Below, one piece after another: positions 41,579 through 51,303 of a DNA stretch of 64,000 nt. The stretch spans positions 748 to 64,747 of the forward strand of contig DASUHM010000002.1 in NCBI GenBank assembly GCA_036273515.1, given 5' to 3'. The stretch comes from Gaiellales bacterium. GTDB taxonomy: Bacteria > Actinomycetota > Thermoleophilia > Gaiellales > JAICJC01. The notes under the pieces are model-generated. The model was not told the origin of the DNA, did no database searches, and was given only the letters and a program-made list of their open reading frames with translations. A program made the position numbers and the translations under genes. Every line of letters begins with the position of its first letter. Within the stretch, counting starts at the first letter, position 1.

Positions 41579-42036
41579 CGCCCCCGGGCCGCGCCCCGCC
41601 GCGTGAGCAACGCGCCCGCCCAGAAGGCCAGCCCGACGCCGCCGACCAGCACGAGCACGATCCCCGAGAAGATCCAGATGACGCCGCGGCTGCCGCCGAT
41701 CACGGCGCCGGCGACGATCATCGTCACCCCGAGGACGCCGAAGGCCTGGGTCGCCACGAACGGGCCCGGCAGGCCGGCCGGGGTCACCGGCTGGGAGGCG
41801 TCCGAGAGCCGCGCCGGCTGGCGCCGGTCCATCCGCCGGCTGCGCTCCGCCAGGGCGATGACCACGCCGAAGAAGGCAAGGAAGTAGATCACCTGCGACC
41901 AGAACGACCCGATGTAGTCGTCCATGTACGTGAAGAGGACGATCAGGACGACCGCGGCGGCGGTGCCGAGCACCGCGACGGCGATCGCCGTCTGCCAGGC
42001 GTAGACGCTGCGCTGCTCGCTCGGCGGCTGGCTCAC
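41575..42036 (-). CDS. Hypothetical membrane protein (4 TM)
   Basis: Lies within ORF 41575..42051. I prefer GTG 42036 because TACGCT lies 6 nt upstream (42043-42048). Confidence 0.55.
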   Translation of the reverse strand: MSQPPSEQRSVYAWQTAIAVAVLGTAAAVVLIVLFTYMDDYIGSFWSQVIYFLAFFGVVIALAERSRRMDRRQPARLSDASQPVTPAGLPGPFVATQAFGVLGVTMIVAGAVIGGSRGVIWIFSGIVLVLVGGVGLAFWAGALLTRRGAARGR

Positions 42037-42091
42037 GCGCGTAGCGTACACGCGTCGCCGGAGGGGCAGCGCATCCGCCCGACCGGCCTGG

Positions 42092-43018
42092 CTACGCGGC
42101 TTCCTGGAGCTCCGAGCAGAGCTCGCGGGCGACGTCGACGAAGGCGAGCGCGGCCGGCGAGCGGTACCGGTCGCGATGCCAGGCCAGGCCGATCAGGCGC
42201 GGCGGCACGCTGCCGCCGAGCTCGATCACCGCGATCCGCGGATCGGCCTCGTTGACGGTCAGCCGCGGCACCAGCGCGATCCCGATGCCGGTCGCCACCA
42301 TCGCCTGGAGCGTCGCATTGTCGTCCGAGCGGAACGCCATCCGTGGCGCCACCCCGGCGGCGCGCAGCCGGTCTTCGACCTGTTGCCCGCCCAGACAGGT
42401 GCGATAGCCGATCAGCGGCATCGCGCCGATCTCGCGGAAGGTCGGCGGCGTGCTCGCGCGCGCGAGCGGTGAGTCGGCCTGGGTGACGAGCACGTAGGGG
42501 TCGCGCACGAGCTCGACCGTCTCGACGGCGGGATCCTCGACGGGCAGCATCACGAAGGCGAGGTCGAGCCCGCCGTCCTCGATGCCGCTCAGAAGGCCCT
42601 CGTCCTCCGCCTCCTCGAGCCGGATCTCGACCCGCGGCCAGGCCGCCGTGAAGCGGCGCAGGAGCTCGGGCAGGATGCGCGCGCCGGCGCTCTGGAACGC
42701 GCCCACCCGCAGGGTGCCCGCCTCGCCGCCGCGGAGGGCGTCGAGGTCGGCGCGGGCGGCGTGCAGCCGCGCGACGATGGCCTCGGCGTGGTGCAGGAGC
42801 AGGCGGCCGGCCTCGGTCAGCTCCACGGGACGGGGCCCGCCGGGCCGCTCGACGAGGCGGACGCCGACGAGCCGCTCGAGCGTCGCCAGCTGCTGGCTGA
42901 CGGCCGACTGGGTGTAGCCGAGCGCGTTCGCCGCGCGCCCGAACGAGCCGTGCTCCGCGATGGCCTCGAGCGCCGCCAGATGGCGCAGCTCGACGCCGAG
43001 CCAAGGATCAGGTTCCAT
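42092..43018 (-). CDS. LysR-family transcriptional regulator
   Basis: ATG at 43018. The HTH reads LRHLAALEAIAEHGSFGRAANALGYTQSAVSQQLATLE. It is a paralog of the LysR gene at 50310. Confidence 0.88.
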   Translation of the reverse strand: MEPDPWLGVELRHLAALEAIAEHGSFGRAANALGYTQSAVSQQLATLERLVGVRLVERPGGPRPVELTEAGRLLLHHAEAIVARLHAARADLDALRGGEAGTLRVGAFQSAGARILPELLRRFTAAWPRVEIRLEEAEDEGLLSGIEDGGLDLAFVMLPVEDPAVETVELVRDPYVLVTQADSPLARASTPPTFREIGAMPLIGYRTCLGGQQVEDRLRAAGVAPRMAFRSDDNATLQAMVATGIGIALVPRLTVNEADPRIAVIELGGSVPPRLIGLAWHRDRYRSPAALAFVDVARELCSELQEAA

Positions 43019-43077
43019 GATGGAAACCACCGTTATCTCGATTTGTACTAATGGACATCGGTGCCGATGATACACGC

Positions 43078-43209
43078 ATGGGACTAGCAGTGATCCTCAT
43101 TCTGCTCCTGGTCGTCGGACCGCTGTCGCTGCGCTTCGGGGTCGATTCGCGCCCCCAGGGCGAGCGCCAGCAGGCCTGGTGGCCCGGAGCTCCGCGCGCC
43201 GACCGCTAG
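43078..43209 (+). CDS. Candidate 43-aa small membrane protein (below ORF-track cutoff)
   Basis: ATG at 43078 gives MGLAVILILLLVVGPLSLRFGVDSRPQGERQQAWWPGAPRADR followed by TAG. It has one TM segment then a polar tail, with GC3-biased codons. It is divergent from the LysR gene. Confidence 0.4.
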   Translation: MGLAVILILLLVVGPLSLRFGVDSRPQGERQQAWWPGAPRADR

Positions 43210-43224
43210 CCGTGTCGCCCGGCG

Positions 43225-43953
43225 TCAGCTGAGGCCGAGGTAGGCCTTGCGCACGCGCTCGTTCGTGCGCAGCGCCGCCGCGTCGTCGGTGAGCGCCACG
43301 ACGCCGGTCTCGAGCACGTAGCCGCGCTTCGCGACGTCGAGGGCCATCAGCGCGTTTTGCTCGACGAGCAGGATCGTGGTGCCCTGCGAGTTGATCTCGG
43401 TGACGATCTCGAAGATCCGCTCGACGAGCACCGGAGCGAGGCCCATCGACGGCTCGTCCAGCAAAAGCAGCTTCGGCCGGGCCATCAGCGCCCGCCCCAT
43501 GGCACACATCTGCTGCTCGCCCCCGGAAAGCGTCCCCGCCTTCTGGGCCCGGCGCTCGGCGAGGCGCGGGAACAGATCGAACACCCGGGCGACATCCTCG
43601 CTCACGCCCGACTTGTCGGTGCGCTGAAACGCTCCCATCTCCAGGTTCTCGAGCACGGTCATACGAGCAAACAGGCGCCGCCCCTCGGGCGACTGGCTGA
43701 TCCCCATCCGGACGATCTCGTGCGGCGGCCGGCCCACGATGTCCTCACCCTTGAAGAGGATCCGCCCGCGCTTGGGCTTGTTGATGCCCTGGATCGATCG
43801 CAGGGTCGTCGACTTCCCGGCGCCGTTGGCGCCGATCAGCGTCACGACCTCGCCCTCGTTCACCGTCAGCGAGATGCCCTTGATCGCCTCGATCGTCCCG
43901 TAGTAGGTGTGGACGTCCTCGAGCTCGAGCAGCGGGGCGCCGTTGCTGCTCAT
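43225..43953 (-). CDS. livF: Branched-chain amino acid ABC transporter ATP-binding protein
   Basis: 242-aa ORF with Walker A GANGAGKST, signature LSGGEQQM, and an ATGA overlap with livG. Confidence 0.9.
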   Translation of the reverse strand: MSSNGAPLLELEDVHTYYGTIEAIKGISLTVNEGEVVTLIGANGAGKSTTLRSIQGINKPKRGRILFKGEDIVGRPPHEIVRMGISQSPEGRRLFARMTVLENLEMGAFQRTDKSGVSEDVARVFDLFPRLAERRAQKAGTLSGGEQQMCAMGRALMARPKLLLLDEPSMGLAPVLVERIFEIVTEINSQGTTILLVEQNALMALDVAKRGYVLETGVVALTDDAAALRTNERVRKAYLGLS

Positions 43954-44762
43954 GCGCCCGCCGGCTCCCCGCCGGCCGCCGACGTGGCGCCGCTCCCGAG
44001 GTAGGCCTCGATGACGCGCTCGTCGGCCTGGATCTCGGCCGGTGAGCCCTCGGCGATCTTCTGCCCGTAGTCGAGCACCGTCACCCGCTCGGAGATGCCC
44101 ATGACGACCTTCATGTCGTGCTCGATCAGGAGCACCGTGACGCCGCGCTCGTCGCGCACCTTGCTGACGAACGACGTGAACTGGGCACTCTCCTGCGGGT
44201 TCATCCCGGCCGTCGGCTCGTCCAGGAGCAGCAGCTTCGGATCGGTCGCGAGCGCCCGCGCCACCTCGAGCCGGCGCTGGTCGCCGTAGGAGAGGTGCAT
44301 CGCGTAGGACTCGTCGGCCGACTTGGGCAGCTCGCAGTAGCGCAGCAGCTCGCGGGCGCGCTCGGCGGCCTCGCGCTCCTCGCGCCGCAGGCCCGGTGTC
44401 CGCAGGATCGAGCGGACGATGCCGCCCTTGATCCGCGAGTGCATGCCGACGAGCACGTTCTCCATGCTCGTCATCGTCGGGAAGAGGCGGATGTTCTGGA
44501 ACGTCCGCCCCACGCCCATGTGGGTGACCGCGTGCGGCGGGAGCCCGGCCACGTCGTGGCCGTTGAAGAGGATCTCGCCGCTCGTCGGCGTGTAGACGCC
44601 CGTGAGCATGTTAAAGAACGTCGTCTTGCCGGCGCCGTTCGGCCCGATCAGGCTGACGATCGCGCCCCGCGGGACGGCGAAGTCCACGTCGTTGCACGCG
44701 ACCAGGCCACCGAACTCCTTGCGCAGCTGCCTCGCCTCGAGCAGGTTTTCGGTCTCGCTCAT
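43950..44762 (-). CDS. livG: Branched-chain amino acid ABC transporter ATP-binding protein
   Basis: ATG at 44762 overlaps the livM stop. It has Walker A GPNGAGKTT, signature LSYGDQRRLEVA, and a LivG-type C-terminus. Confidence 0.9.
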   Translation of the reverse strand: MSETENLLEARQLRKEFGGLVACNDVDFAVPRGAIVSLIGPNGAGKTTFFNMLTGVYTPTSGEILFNGHDVAGLPPHAVTHMGVGRTFQNIRLFPTMTSMENVLVGMHSRIKGGIVRSILRTPGLRREEREAAERARELLRYCELPKSADESYAMHLSYGDQRRLEVARALATDPKLLLLDEPTAGMNPQESAQFTSFVSKVRDERGVTVLLIEHDMKVVMGISERVTVLDYGQKIAEGSPAEIQADERVIEAYLGSGATSAAGGEPAGA

Positions 44763-45979
44763 TGCGCGCTGGCTTCGTACATGGACCCGCCCTCGACGCC
44801 GAGCTCGAGCTCGACCTTGCGGCGCTGCCCGGGTATCAGCCCCTGCGGCCGCAGCAGCATCATGACGACGATGATCAGCCCGAAGATGCCGTAGGTGTAC
44901 TGGGGGACGTTGAAGCTCGTGCCGGCGATGTTGTTGAAGTTGTTGCCGACCGCCTCGAGGCCCTGGTAGTTCAGGTAGGAGAGCACCGCACCGCCCAGGC
45001 AGACGCCCCAGACGTTGCCCATGCCGCCGAGGATCACCATGCAGAGCACGGTGATCGAGATGTTCAGCGAGAAGTCGCCCGGGAACGTCGAGCTCTTGTA
45101 GATCGCGTAGAAGCAACCGGCCATGCCGCCGAAGAACGCGCCGATCGCGTAGGCGAGCGTCTTGGTGCGCATGAGCGGGACGCCCATCGCGGCCGCAGCG
45201 ATCTCGTCCTCGCGGATGGCCACCCACGCGCGACCGAGCCGGGAGTCGCGGATGCGGATGCAGCAGAACAGCGTGAACGCGACGAGCGCGAGACCGGTCC
45301 AGTAGTAGTAGGAGGTCGCGTTCGTGACCGAGTAGTACACGCTCGGCAGGAACGCCCACTGGTTGTGCAGCGATCCGAATCCGAGCGCGTCGATCGGTGT
45401 GAGCCCGTTGGGTCCGTTCGTGATGTTGTGCCCGAACCAGTTGTCGCCGTTGTTCACGGCCTGCGGCACGATCTCGCCGAATCCGAGCGTGACGATGGCG
45501 AGGTAGTCGCCGCGCAGGCGCAGCGTCGGCAGACCGATGACGATGCCGAAGAGTGCCGCGAACACCGCTCCGACAAGGAGCAGGAACCACACGTTTATGT
45601 GGATGCCCTGCACCGAGTGCGGCACCCCGACCGACGCGAGATGGACGTCGTGCGGCGTGAACTGCTGGGTCGCGAACCAGCCGGCGACGTAGGCGCCGGC
45701 CGCGTAGAACGCGACGTAGCCGAGGTCGAGCAGGCCTGCATAGCCGACCACCACGTTCAGGCCGAGGGCCATGACCACGTAGACCGTCATGATGACCATC
45801 GTCGGCACGGTCGGGATGAGCTGCGATTCGGTGCTGTTCGTCCCGATCAGCGACGTGAGGTCGCTGTAGTACGACGGGTAGAGGACGAGGAGCAGTGCGA
45901 CCACGGCCGGGAGCAGCCCGTGCCGCATCGGCCTCGGCACCTTGGACCACGCGTCGCCCAGGCCGAGGCGCTCCATCAT
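44759..45979 (-). CDS. livM: Branched-chain amino acid ABC transporter permease
   Basis: ATG at 45979 overlaps the livH stop. It is a multi-TM protein with LNVVVGYAGLLDLGYVAFYAAGAY. Confidence 0.88.
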   Translation of the reverse strand: MMERLGLGDAWSKVPRPMRHGLLPAVVALLLVLYPSYYSDLTSLIGTNSTESQLIPTVPTMVIMTVYVVMALGLNVVVGYAGLLDLGYVAFYAAGAYVAGWFATQQFTPHDVHLASVGVPHSVQGIHINVWFLLLVGAVFAALFGIVIGLPTLRLRGDYLAIVTLGFGEIVPQAVNNGDNWFGHNITNGPNGLTPIDALGFGSLHNQWAFLPSVYYSVTNATSYYYWTGLALVAFTLFCCIRIRDSRLGRAWVAIREDEIAAAAMGVPLMRTKTLAYAIGAFFGGMAGCFYAIYKSSTFPGDFSLNISITVLCMVILGGMGNVWGVCLGGAVLSYLNYQGLEAVGNNFNNIAGTSFNVPQYTYGIFGLIIVVMMLLRPQGLIPGQRRKVELELGVEGGSMYEASAQ

Positions 45980-47055
45980 GCTCTGTCCGCCGTCGCCTCG
46001 CCGAGCAGGCCCTGCGGCCGGAACACGAGCACGAGGATGAGGATGGCGAAGATGATCGACTCCGTCCAGTCGGTCCCCGGCGTGTGCCAGGAGAGGCCCT
46101 CGTTGAACGCCTGGATCAGGCCGATCACGAGCGCGCCGAGGGCGGCGCCGGTGAGGTTGCCGATCCCGCCGAGCACGGCTGCGGTGAAGGCGAACAGGCC
46201 GAGCTGGAACCCGAGGTCGAACCGGGTCGACGTCTGGAACATCACGAAGAGCAGCCCGGCCGCGCCGGCGAGCGCTCCGCCGAGCGCGAACGTGAACGCG
46301 ATCGTGCGATCGACGTCGATGCCCATCATGCGGCTCGCGTCCATGTCCTGGGCGACTGCGCGCATGGCCTTGCCCGGCTTCGTGTTCCGCACCAGATAGC
46401 TGAGCACGAGCAGCACCGGGATCGTGATCAGCACGACCAGGAGCGACTTCTCGCGATACGGAAACCCGCCGACGGTGAACAGGGTGCTCGTGGGGAAGAT
46501 GCTGGCGCCGGTCGACGTGAGCGGGCGCTCGTTGAAGCCCCAGATGGCGGCGCCGACGTTCTGCAGCAGGAACGACATGCCGATGGCCGTGATCAGCGGC
46601 GCCAGCTTGGGGGCATTGCGCAGCGGCCGGTAGGCGACCCGCTCGATGGCCACGTTCAGCCCGCCGCAGAAGGCCATGGCGGCCGCGAGCGTGAGAAGCA
46701 GGAGCGGAATCGTCGTGTACCACGCCTGTGTGCCGTCGAGGCCCAGCCAGCCGTTGGCGACGGTGATGGTGACCATGGTGCCGAGCATGAACACGTCGCC
46801 GTGGGCGAAGTTGATCAGCTCGATGATGCCGTAGACCAGGGTGTAGCCGAGGGCCACGAGCGCGTAGATGGCGCCGTAGGTGATGCCGAGCAGGAGGACG
46901 CTCAGCACCTGCTGCGGCGCGCTCAGGATGTTCCCGACGATCCACACCCCGAACAGGCCGACGACGATCCACTGCGCGACCCTGTTGATCTGCTGGGAGA
47001 ACCGGGGGAGCGCCGCCAGCATCGGACGCCGCGCGGTCTGCACGCGAGTCGTCAC
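45976..47055 (-). CDS. livH: Branched-chain amino acid ABC transporter permease
   Basis: 359-aa ORF with GITYGAIYALVALGYTLVYGIIELINFAHGD. Confidence 0.88.
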   Translation of the reverse strand: MTTRVQTARRPMLAALPRFSQQINRVAQWIVVGLFGVWIVGNILSAPQQVLSVLLLGITYGAIYALVALGYTLVYGIIELINFAHGDVFMLGTMVTITVANGWLGLDGTQAWYTTIPLLLLTLAAAMAFCGGLNVAIERVAYRPLRNAPKLAPLITAIGMSFLLQNVGAAIWGFNERPLTSTGASIFPTSTLFTVGGFPYREKSLLVVLITIPVLLVLSYLVRNTKPGKAMRAVAQDMDASRMMGIDVDRTIAFTFALGGALAGAAGLLFVMFQTSTRFDLGFQLGLFAFTAAVLGGIGNLTGAALGALVIGLIQAFNEGLSWHTPGTDWTESIIFAILILVLVFRPQGLLGEATADRA

Positions 47056-47083
47056 TGGCGGCGCTCTCCGGTCGTCTCCATGT

Positions 47084-48421
47084 CTAGTGGAAGGTCTCCA
47101 CCAGGTTTGCCGGCGGCGTCAGCACCTTGTAGGTGACGAGCTTGCCGCCCTTCGCGACGTCAACCGTCATCGAGCCCTGGTTGGTGTCGCCGTTCTGGTC
47201 GATGGCGAAGTTGCCGAGCACGCTGTCGGTGACGTTCACGCCGAACAGGTGCTTGGCGATGTCCGACCGCGACCCGTCGGAGGCCTTGATGGCGTTCAGG
47301 AGCACCTGGGTCGCCGCGGCCGCGTACGGGGTGTACGGGTCGAGTGCATCCGGGTGGTACGTGTTCGTGAAGTCGGTCACGAACTGCGCACCCGCGCCCT
47401 TCAGCTGGTCCGGCGGGACACCGGCCACCGAGGCGTACAGGCCCTCGGCGTTGGCCGCGCCGGCCGTGTCGATGGTGGACTGGGTCGTGAACCCGTCCGG
47501 CAGCAGCAGCTTGACCTTGCCGGTGTTCGGGCCGAGCACGGACACCTTGTCCTTGATCAGCTGGCCGCCGTTCTCGCAGACCAGTCCGCCGACCATGATC
47601 GCGTCGGGGTGCGTGGAGCCGATCTGCTGCATCAGGGCCTGGTAGTTCGTCCCCGTCTTCGTGTTGTACGCCGCGAAGCCCTTGATCTGAATGCCGAGCT
47701 TCTTGGCCGCGTCCTTGAAGTACGTCGCGACGCCCAGGCCGTAGGCCTGCTTGTCGTTCAGGATGTAGACGCTCTTCACGCCGAGACCCTTGGCGGTCTC
47801 AGCAAGCGCCGGGCCCTGGAAGTTGTCCGCAGCGACGACGCGGGCGTAGTTGCGCTGGCCGGTCGGGTAGTACTTGTCCGGCTCGCCCGGCGTCTTGGTC
47901 TTCTGCGTCAAGCCGGGCCACGTGTTGGCCGGGCTGACCATGGCCACCATGCCGCCGGGGGCGCGGTTCAGCACCGGGACCTCGAGCTCGGCACAACCCG
48001 AGTTGAACGTCCCGATCACGCCGATGACGGACGGATCCTGTGCGTACGCGTTCGCGTTCGCGCTACACGTGGCGGAGTCCCACGTCGCAGCCTGGGCGGT
48101 CGAGTCGTCGCACGCCTGGTACTGGATGGTCATGCCGTTGATCTTGTAGTTGTTCTGCTTCAGGACCATCTCGATGGCCTGGACCATCTGCTTCGTCTGA
48201 TGCGACGACGCACCCTGCATTGGGAGGTCGGAGACGATCTCGTACTTGCCGCTCCCGACCGGAGCCGCACACGTCGACGAGTTGACCGGAGTCGCCCCGC
48301 CAGACGCGCCGCTGTTCCCACCGCTCCCGCTGCTGCCGCCGCTGGAGCCGCATCCTGCGGCCACGGCGAGCGAGAGCGCGACGGCCGCGACCATCATGGC
48401 GCGGCCTGAAACACTTCTCAT
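47084..48421 (-). CDS. livJ: Branched-chain amino acid ABC transporter substrate-binding lipoprotein
   Basis: I chose the ATG at 48421 because SD GGAGGAG lies 5 nt upstream. The product starts MRSVSGRAMMVAAVALSLAVAAGC (lipobox), followed by a type I periplasmic-binding fold. Confidence 0.85.
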   Translation of the reverse strand: MRSVSGRAMMVAAVALSLAVAAGCGSSGGSSGSGGNSGASGGATPVNSSTCAAPVGSGKYEIVSDLPMQGASSHQTKQMVQAIEMVLKQNNYKINGMTIQYQACDDSTAQAATWDSATCSANANAYAQDPSVIGVIGTFNSGCAELEVPVLNRAPGGMVAMVSPANTWPGLTQKTKTPGEPDKYYPTGQRNYARVVAADNFQGPALAETAKGLGVKSVYILNDKQAYGLGVATYFKDAAKKLGIQIKGFAAYNTKTGTNYQALMQQIGSTHPDAIMVGGLVCENGGQLIKDKVSVLGPNTGKVKLLLPDGFTTQSTIDTAGAANAEGLYASVAGVPPDQLKGAGAQFVTDFTNTYHPDALDPYTPYAAAATQVLLNAIKASDGSRSDIAKHLFGVNVTDSVLGNFAIDQNGDTNQGSMTVDVAKGGKLVTYKVLTPPANLVETFH

Positions 48422-48507
48422 GAGATCTCCTCCCACTGCGGATTAAAAACCCTCTCCCGAACCGGACCGGCGCGGGCGCGAGATGGGGTATTTACCATCA
48501 CGAGCGG

Positions 48508-49131
48508 ATGGGAGCAAGCGCACCGCCTACGAATCCGTTCGCTGCCGACAAGCTCTGGCATCGCCGCGCAATGGTACTCCTCGTTGCGGTTGCCGTCATT
48601 TCCGCCGGTTGCGGATCCGGTTCGTCCGATTCAGGATCCAATCCGGCGGTCGCATCGGGATGTTCCAAGACCTGGAAGGCCGGCTGGCAGAAGTGGACGG
48701 ACACGGTCGGCATGCCCGTGTGGTGCCCGGGGTGGATGCCAAGCCCGATCGACGCGATCATCCACGGGCAGTGGAATTCGGCCCGGGTCGAGCAGCACCA
48801 GTGGCAGCTCGGATACGCGTGGCTCGAGGAGGGTCAGCTCGTACACGTCATCTTCGAGGGCTATCCGCCGGGGACGTTCCCGCCCAAATGCGAAGGCGTC
48901 CCGTGCTTCGGCGGAGAGGAGCCCGCCTCGGAGAAGATCGCGGGCCACGTCGTGCACTTCTACGACAAGAATCATGCATCTCACTCAGGTCACATCGCGG
49001 CCATTTTCAGATCAGGCCCTGATACCTACGTCGTCAGCATCCACGTCGCCTCGCCGGTCTCCACGAAGGCCGTTGCGAAGCGCGATCTGCGTCACATCAT
49101 CAGCTCGATGTCGGAGCTGAAACCCTCGTAG
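48508..49131 (+). CDS. Hypothetical lipoprotein
   Basis: 207-aa ORF with an internal alternative start at 48571 (MVLLVAVAVISAGC lipobox). It is Trp/Cys/His-rich. I recognise no family. Confidence 0.55.
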   Translation: MGASAPPTNPFAADKLWHRRAMVLLVAVAVISAGCGSGSSDSGSNPAVASGCSKTWKAGWQKWTDTVGMPVWCPGWMPSPIDAIIHGQWNSARVEQHQWQLGYAWLEEGQLVHVIFEGYPPGTFPPKCEGVPCFGGEEPASEKIAGHVVHFYDKNHASHSGHIAAIFRSGPDTYVVSIHVASPVSTKAVAKRDLRHIISSMSELKPS

Positions 49132-49144
49132 GATCAGCGCCCCC

Positions 49145-49174
49145 GGGCCAGGCCCCGCGCGCGGGGCCTGGCCC
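49145..49174. terminator. Perfect 30-nt GC palindrome GGGCCAGGCCCCGCG|CGCGGGGCCTGGCCC
   Basis: Read directly from the sequence. It lies 14 nt after the stop at 49131 and 24 nt before the -10 box of the next gene. Confidence 0.5.
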
Positions 49175-49197
49175 CTCCCATCCCTGACCGGTTGCTC

Positions 49198-49203
49198 TAG
49201 GAT
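49198..49203 (+). promoter_or_regulatory. -10 box TAGGAT, 6 nt upstream of ATG 49210
   Basis: Sequence is TAGGAT cggcgg ATG. Confidence 0.45.
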
Positions 49204-49209
49204 CGGCGG

Positions 49210-50313
49210 ATGCGCGTCTACTGGCACGACGAGGCGCTCGCCCACGACACGGGGTCGGGCATGTTCGACCAGCCCCCGACGCCGCTGATCGAGGTGCCCG
49301 AGCTGCACCCGGAGAACCCGGAGCGGATCCGCAACATCCGCTCGGCCCTGCGAAACGGCCCGATCGCGCCGCACCTGGAGTGGCACGCCGGCCGCCACGC
49401 AACCCGCGCGGAGCTCGAGCTCATCCACCCGTCGAGCTACATCGACTCGGTCGAAGCCGCCTGTGCCTCGGGTCCGGCGATCCTGACCCAGTCGACTCCG
49501 GTCGTCCCCGCCTCGTGGGGAGCGGCGCTCGGCTCGGCGGGCACGGCGCTCGCCGCCACCGAGGCCGTCCTCGCCGGCGAGTGCAGCCGGGCCTACGCGC
49601 TCGTGCGCCCGCCGGGGCACCACTGCCAGCCGGCCCAGGCCGACGGCTACTGCCTCTTCTCCAACGCGTCGCTCTGCGCCGAGCTGGCCCGCCGCCGCGG
49701 CGTCGAGCGGGTCGCCGTCGTCGACTGGGACGTGCACCACGGCAACGGCACCCAGGAGTGCTTCTGGACGCGCCCGGACGTCGTCACGATCTCGCTCCAC
49801 ATGGGCCACGGCTCGTGGGGGCCGCACCATCCCCAGACCGGTGCTCCGGACGAGCTCGGCGAAGGCGACGGAGCCGGCCGAAACGTGAACGTCGAGCTGC
49901 CGCTGGGCACGGGCGACGAGGGCTACCGGCGGGCCTGGTCACGCGTCGTCGAGCCGCTGCTCGGAAGCTTCGACCCCGGCCTGCTCGTGATCGCCTGCGG
50001 GCAGGACGCGAGCCAGTACGACCCCAACGGCCGGATGTCCGTGACGATGGACGGCTTCCGCGACCTCGGCGCCGCCGCCCGCCGGTTCGCCGACGAGCGC
50101 TGCGACGGCCGGCTCGTGCTCGTGCAGGAGGGCGGCTACGGGCGCACCTACTCGGCCTTCTGCATGCACGCGACGCTCGAGGGCGTGCTTCTCACCGGCA
50201 GGCTGCTCGACGATCCGCTGGCCTACCTGCCGGACGACCCCGACCGCGGCGACGCCGCCATCGACGCCGTGCTGGGCGCGGTGGGGCCGTACTGGAGCGG
50301 GATCCCGGCATGA
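49210..50313 (+). CDS. Histone-deacetylase-family (arginase fold) amidohydrolase
   Basis: 367-aa ORF with RPPGHH, VVDWDVHHGNGTQ and GGY motifs. Confidence 0.85.
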   Translation: MRVYWHDEALAHDTGSGMFDQPPTPLIEVPELHPENPERIRNIRSALRNGPIAPHLEWHAGRHATRAELELIHPSSYIDSVEAACASGPAILTQSTPVVPASWGAALGSAGTALAATEAVLAGECSRAYALVRPPGHHCQPAQADGYCLFSNASLCAELARRRGVERVAVVDWDVHHGNGTQECFWTRPDVVTISLHMGHGSWGPHHPQTGAPDELGEGDGAGRNVNVELPLGTGDEGYRRAWSRVVEPLLGSFDPGLLVIACGQDASQYDPNGRMSVTMDGFRDLGAAARRFADERCDGRLVLVQEGGYGRTYSAFCMHATLEGVLLTGRLLDDPLAYLPDDPDRGDAAIDAVLGAVGPYWSGIPA

Positions 50314-51278
50314 GCGGCGGTGAGCCGCGCTGGCTGGGCATCGAGCCGCGCCACCTGGCCACGCTCCGCGCCGTCGCCGAGGCGGGCTCGTTCCGCGGCG
50401 CCGCCGCCGAGCTCGGCTATGTGCCCTCCGGCGTGAGCGCCCACGTGGGCGCGCTCGAGCGCGCCGTCGGCCGCCCGCTGGTGCGCCGCCGCCGCGGCGC
50501 CGGCATCGAGCTCACCGAGGCCGGCCGGGTGCTGCTCGACCACGCCGATGCCATCCTCGCCCGGCTGCGCGCCGCCCAGGCCGACATGGCCGCGCTGGAC
50601 GACGAGGCGGCCGTGCCGCTGCGGGTCGGGATCACGCAGAGCGTCGGCATCCGCGCGCTCCCCGACATCGTCCGCCGGTTCGGCCGCGACTATCCGCTCG
50701 TACGCATCCAGCCGCGCGAGTCCGAGACCGACCTCGACCTGTACGGCGGAGTCGAGTCGGCCGAGCTCGACCTCACGTTCGTCGAGCTGCCCGCACCGCC
50801 CGGCCCCTACGAGACGCTGCCGCTGCTGGTCGACCCCTACGTGCTGATCGTGCGCAGCGACTCGCCGCTCGCCCACCGGCCCCACTGTCCCACGCTCTCC
50901 GAGATCGGCAACCTCGAGCTGATCGGGCACACCCAGTGCCGCGGCCTGCGCCGGGTCGAGGATCAGATCCGGGCCGCCGGCGAGGAGCCCCATTTCGCCT
51001 TCCGTTCCGACGTGAACGCCACCGTACAGGCGCTCGTCGCCGCCGGTGTGGGCGTCGCCGTCATGCCGGGACTGGGCTTCGATCCAGGCGACGGGCGCAC
51101 GGTCGCGTTCGACCTCTCCCGCGACGTGCCGCCGCGCACGCTGGCGCTGGCGTGGCACCGCGACCGCAACGTGACGGCGCCGATGCAGGCATTCGTCGAC
51201 GCCTCCGTGGCGGTCTTCGCCGACCTCGCGGAGCGCCCGGGAAGCGAGCGGCGGCTGCGGGCAGTTCGCGAGGCGTGA
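50310..51278 (+). CDS. LysR-family transcriptional regulator
   Basis: ATG at 50310 overlaps the HDAC stop (ATGA). The HTH reads LRAVAEAGSFRGAAAELGYVPSGVSAHVGALE. Confidence 0.85.
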   Translation: MSGGEPRWLGIEPRHLATLRAVAEAGSFRGAAAELGYVPSGVSAHVGALERAVGRPLVRRRRGAGIELTEAGRVLLDHADAILARLRAAQADMAALDDEAAVPLRVGITQSVGIRALPDIVRRFGRDYPLVRIQPRESETDLDLYGGVESAELDLTFVELPAPPGPYETLPLLVDPYVLIVRSDSPLAHRPHCPTLSEIGNLELIGHTQCRGLRRVEDQIRAAGEEPHFAFRSDVNATVQALVAAGVGVAVMPGLGFDPGDGRTVAFDLSRDVPPRTLALAWHRDRNVTAPMQAFVDASVAVFADLAERPGSERRLRAVREA

Positions 51279-51303
51279 ACACCGCGCTCGCGGATTCGCG
51301 CTT

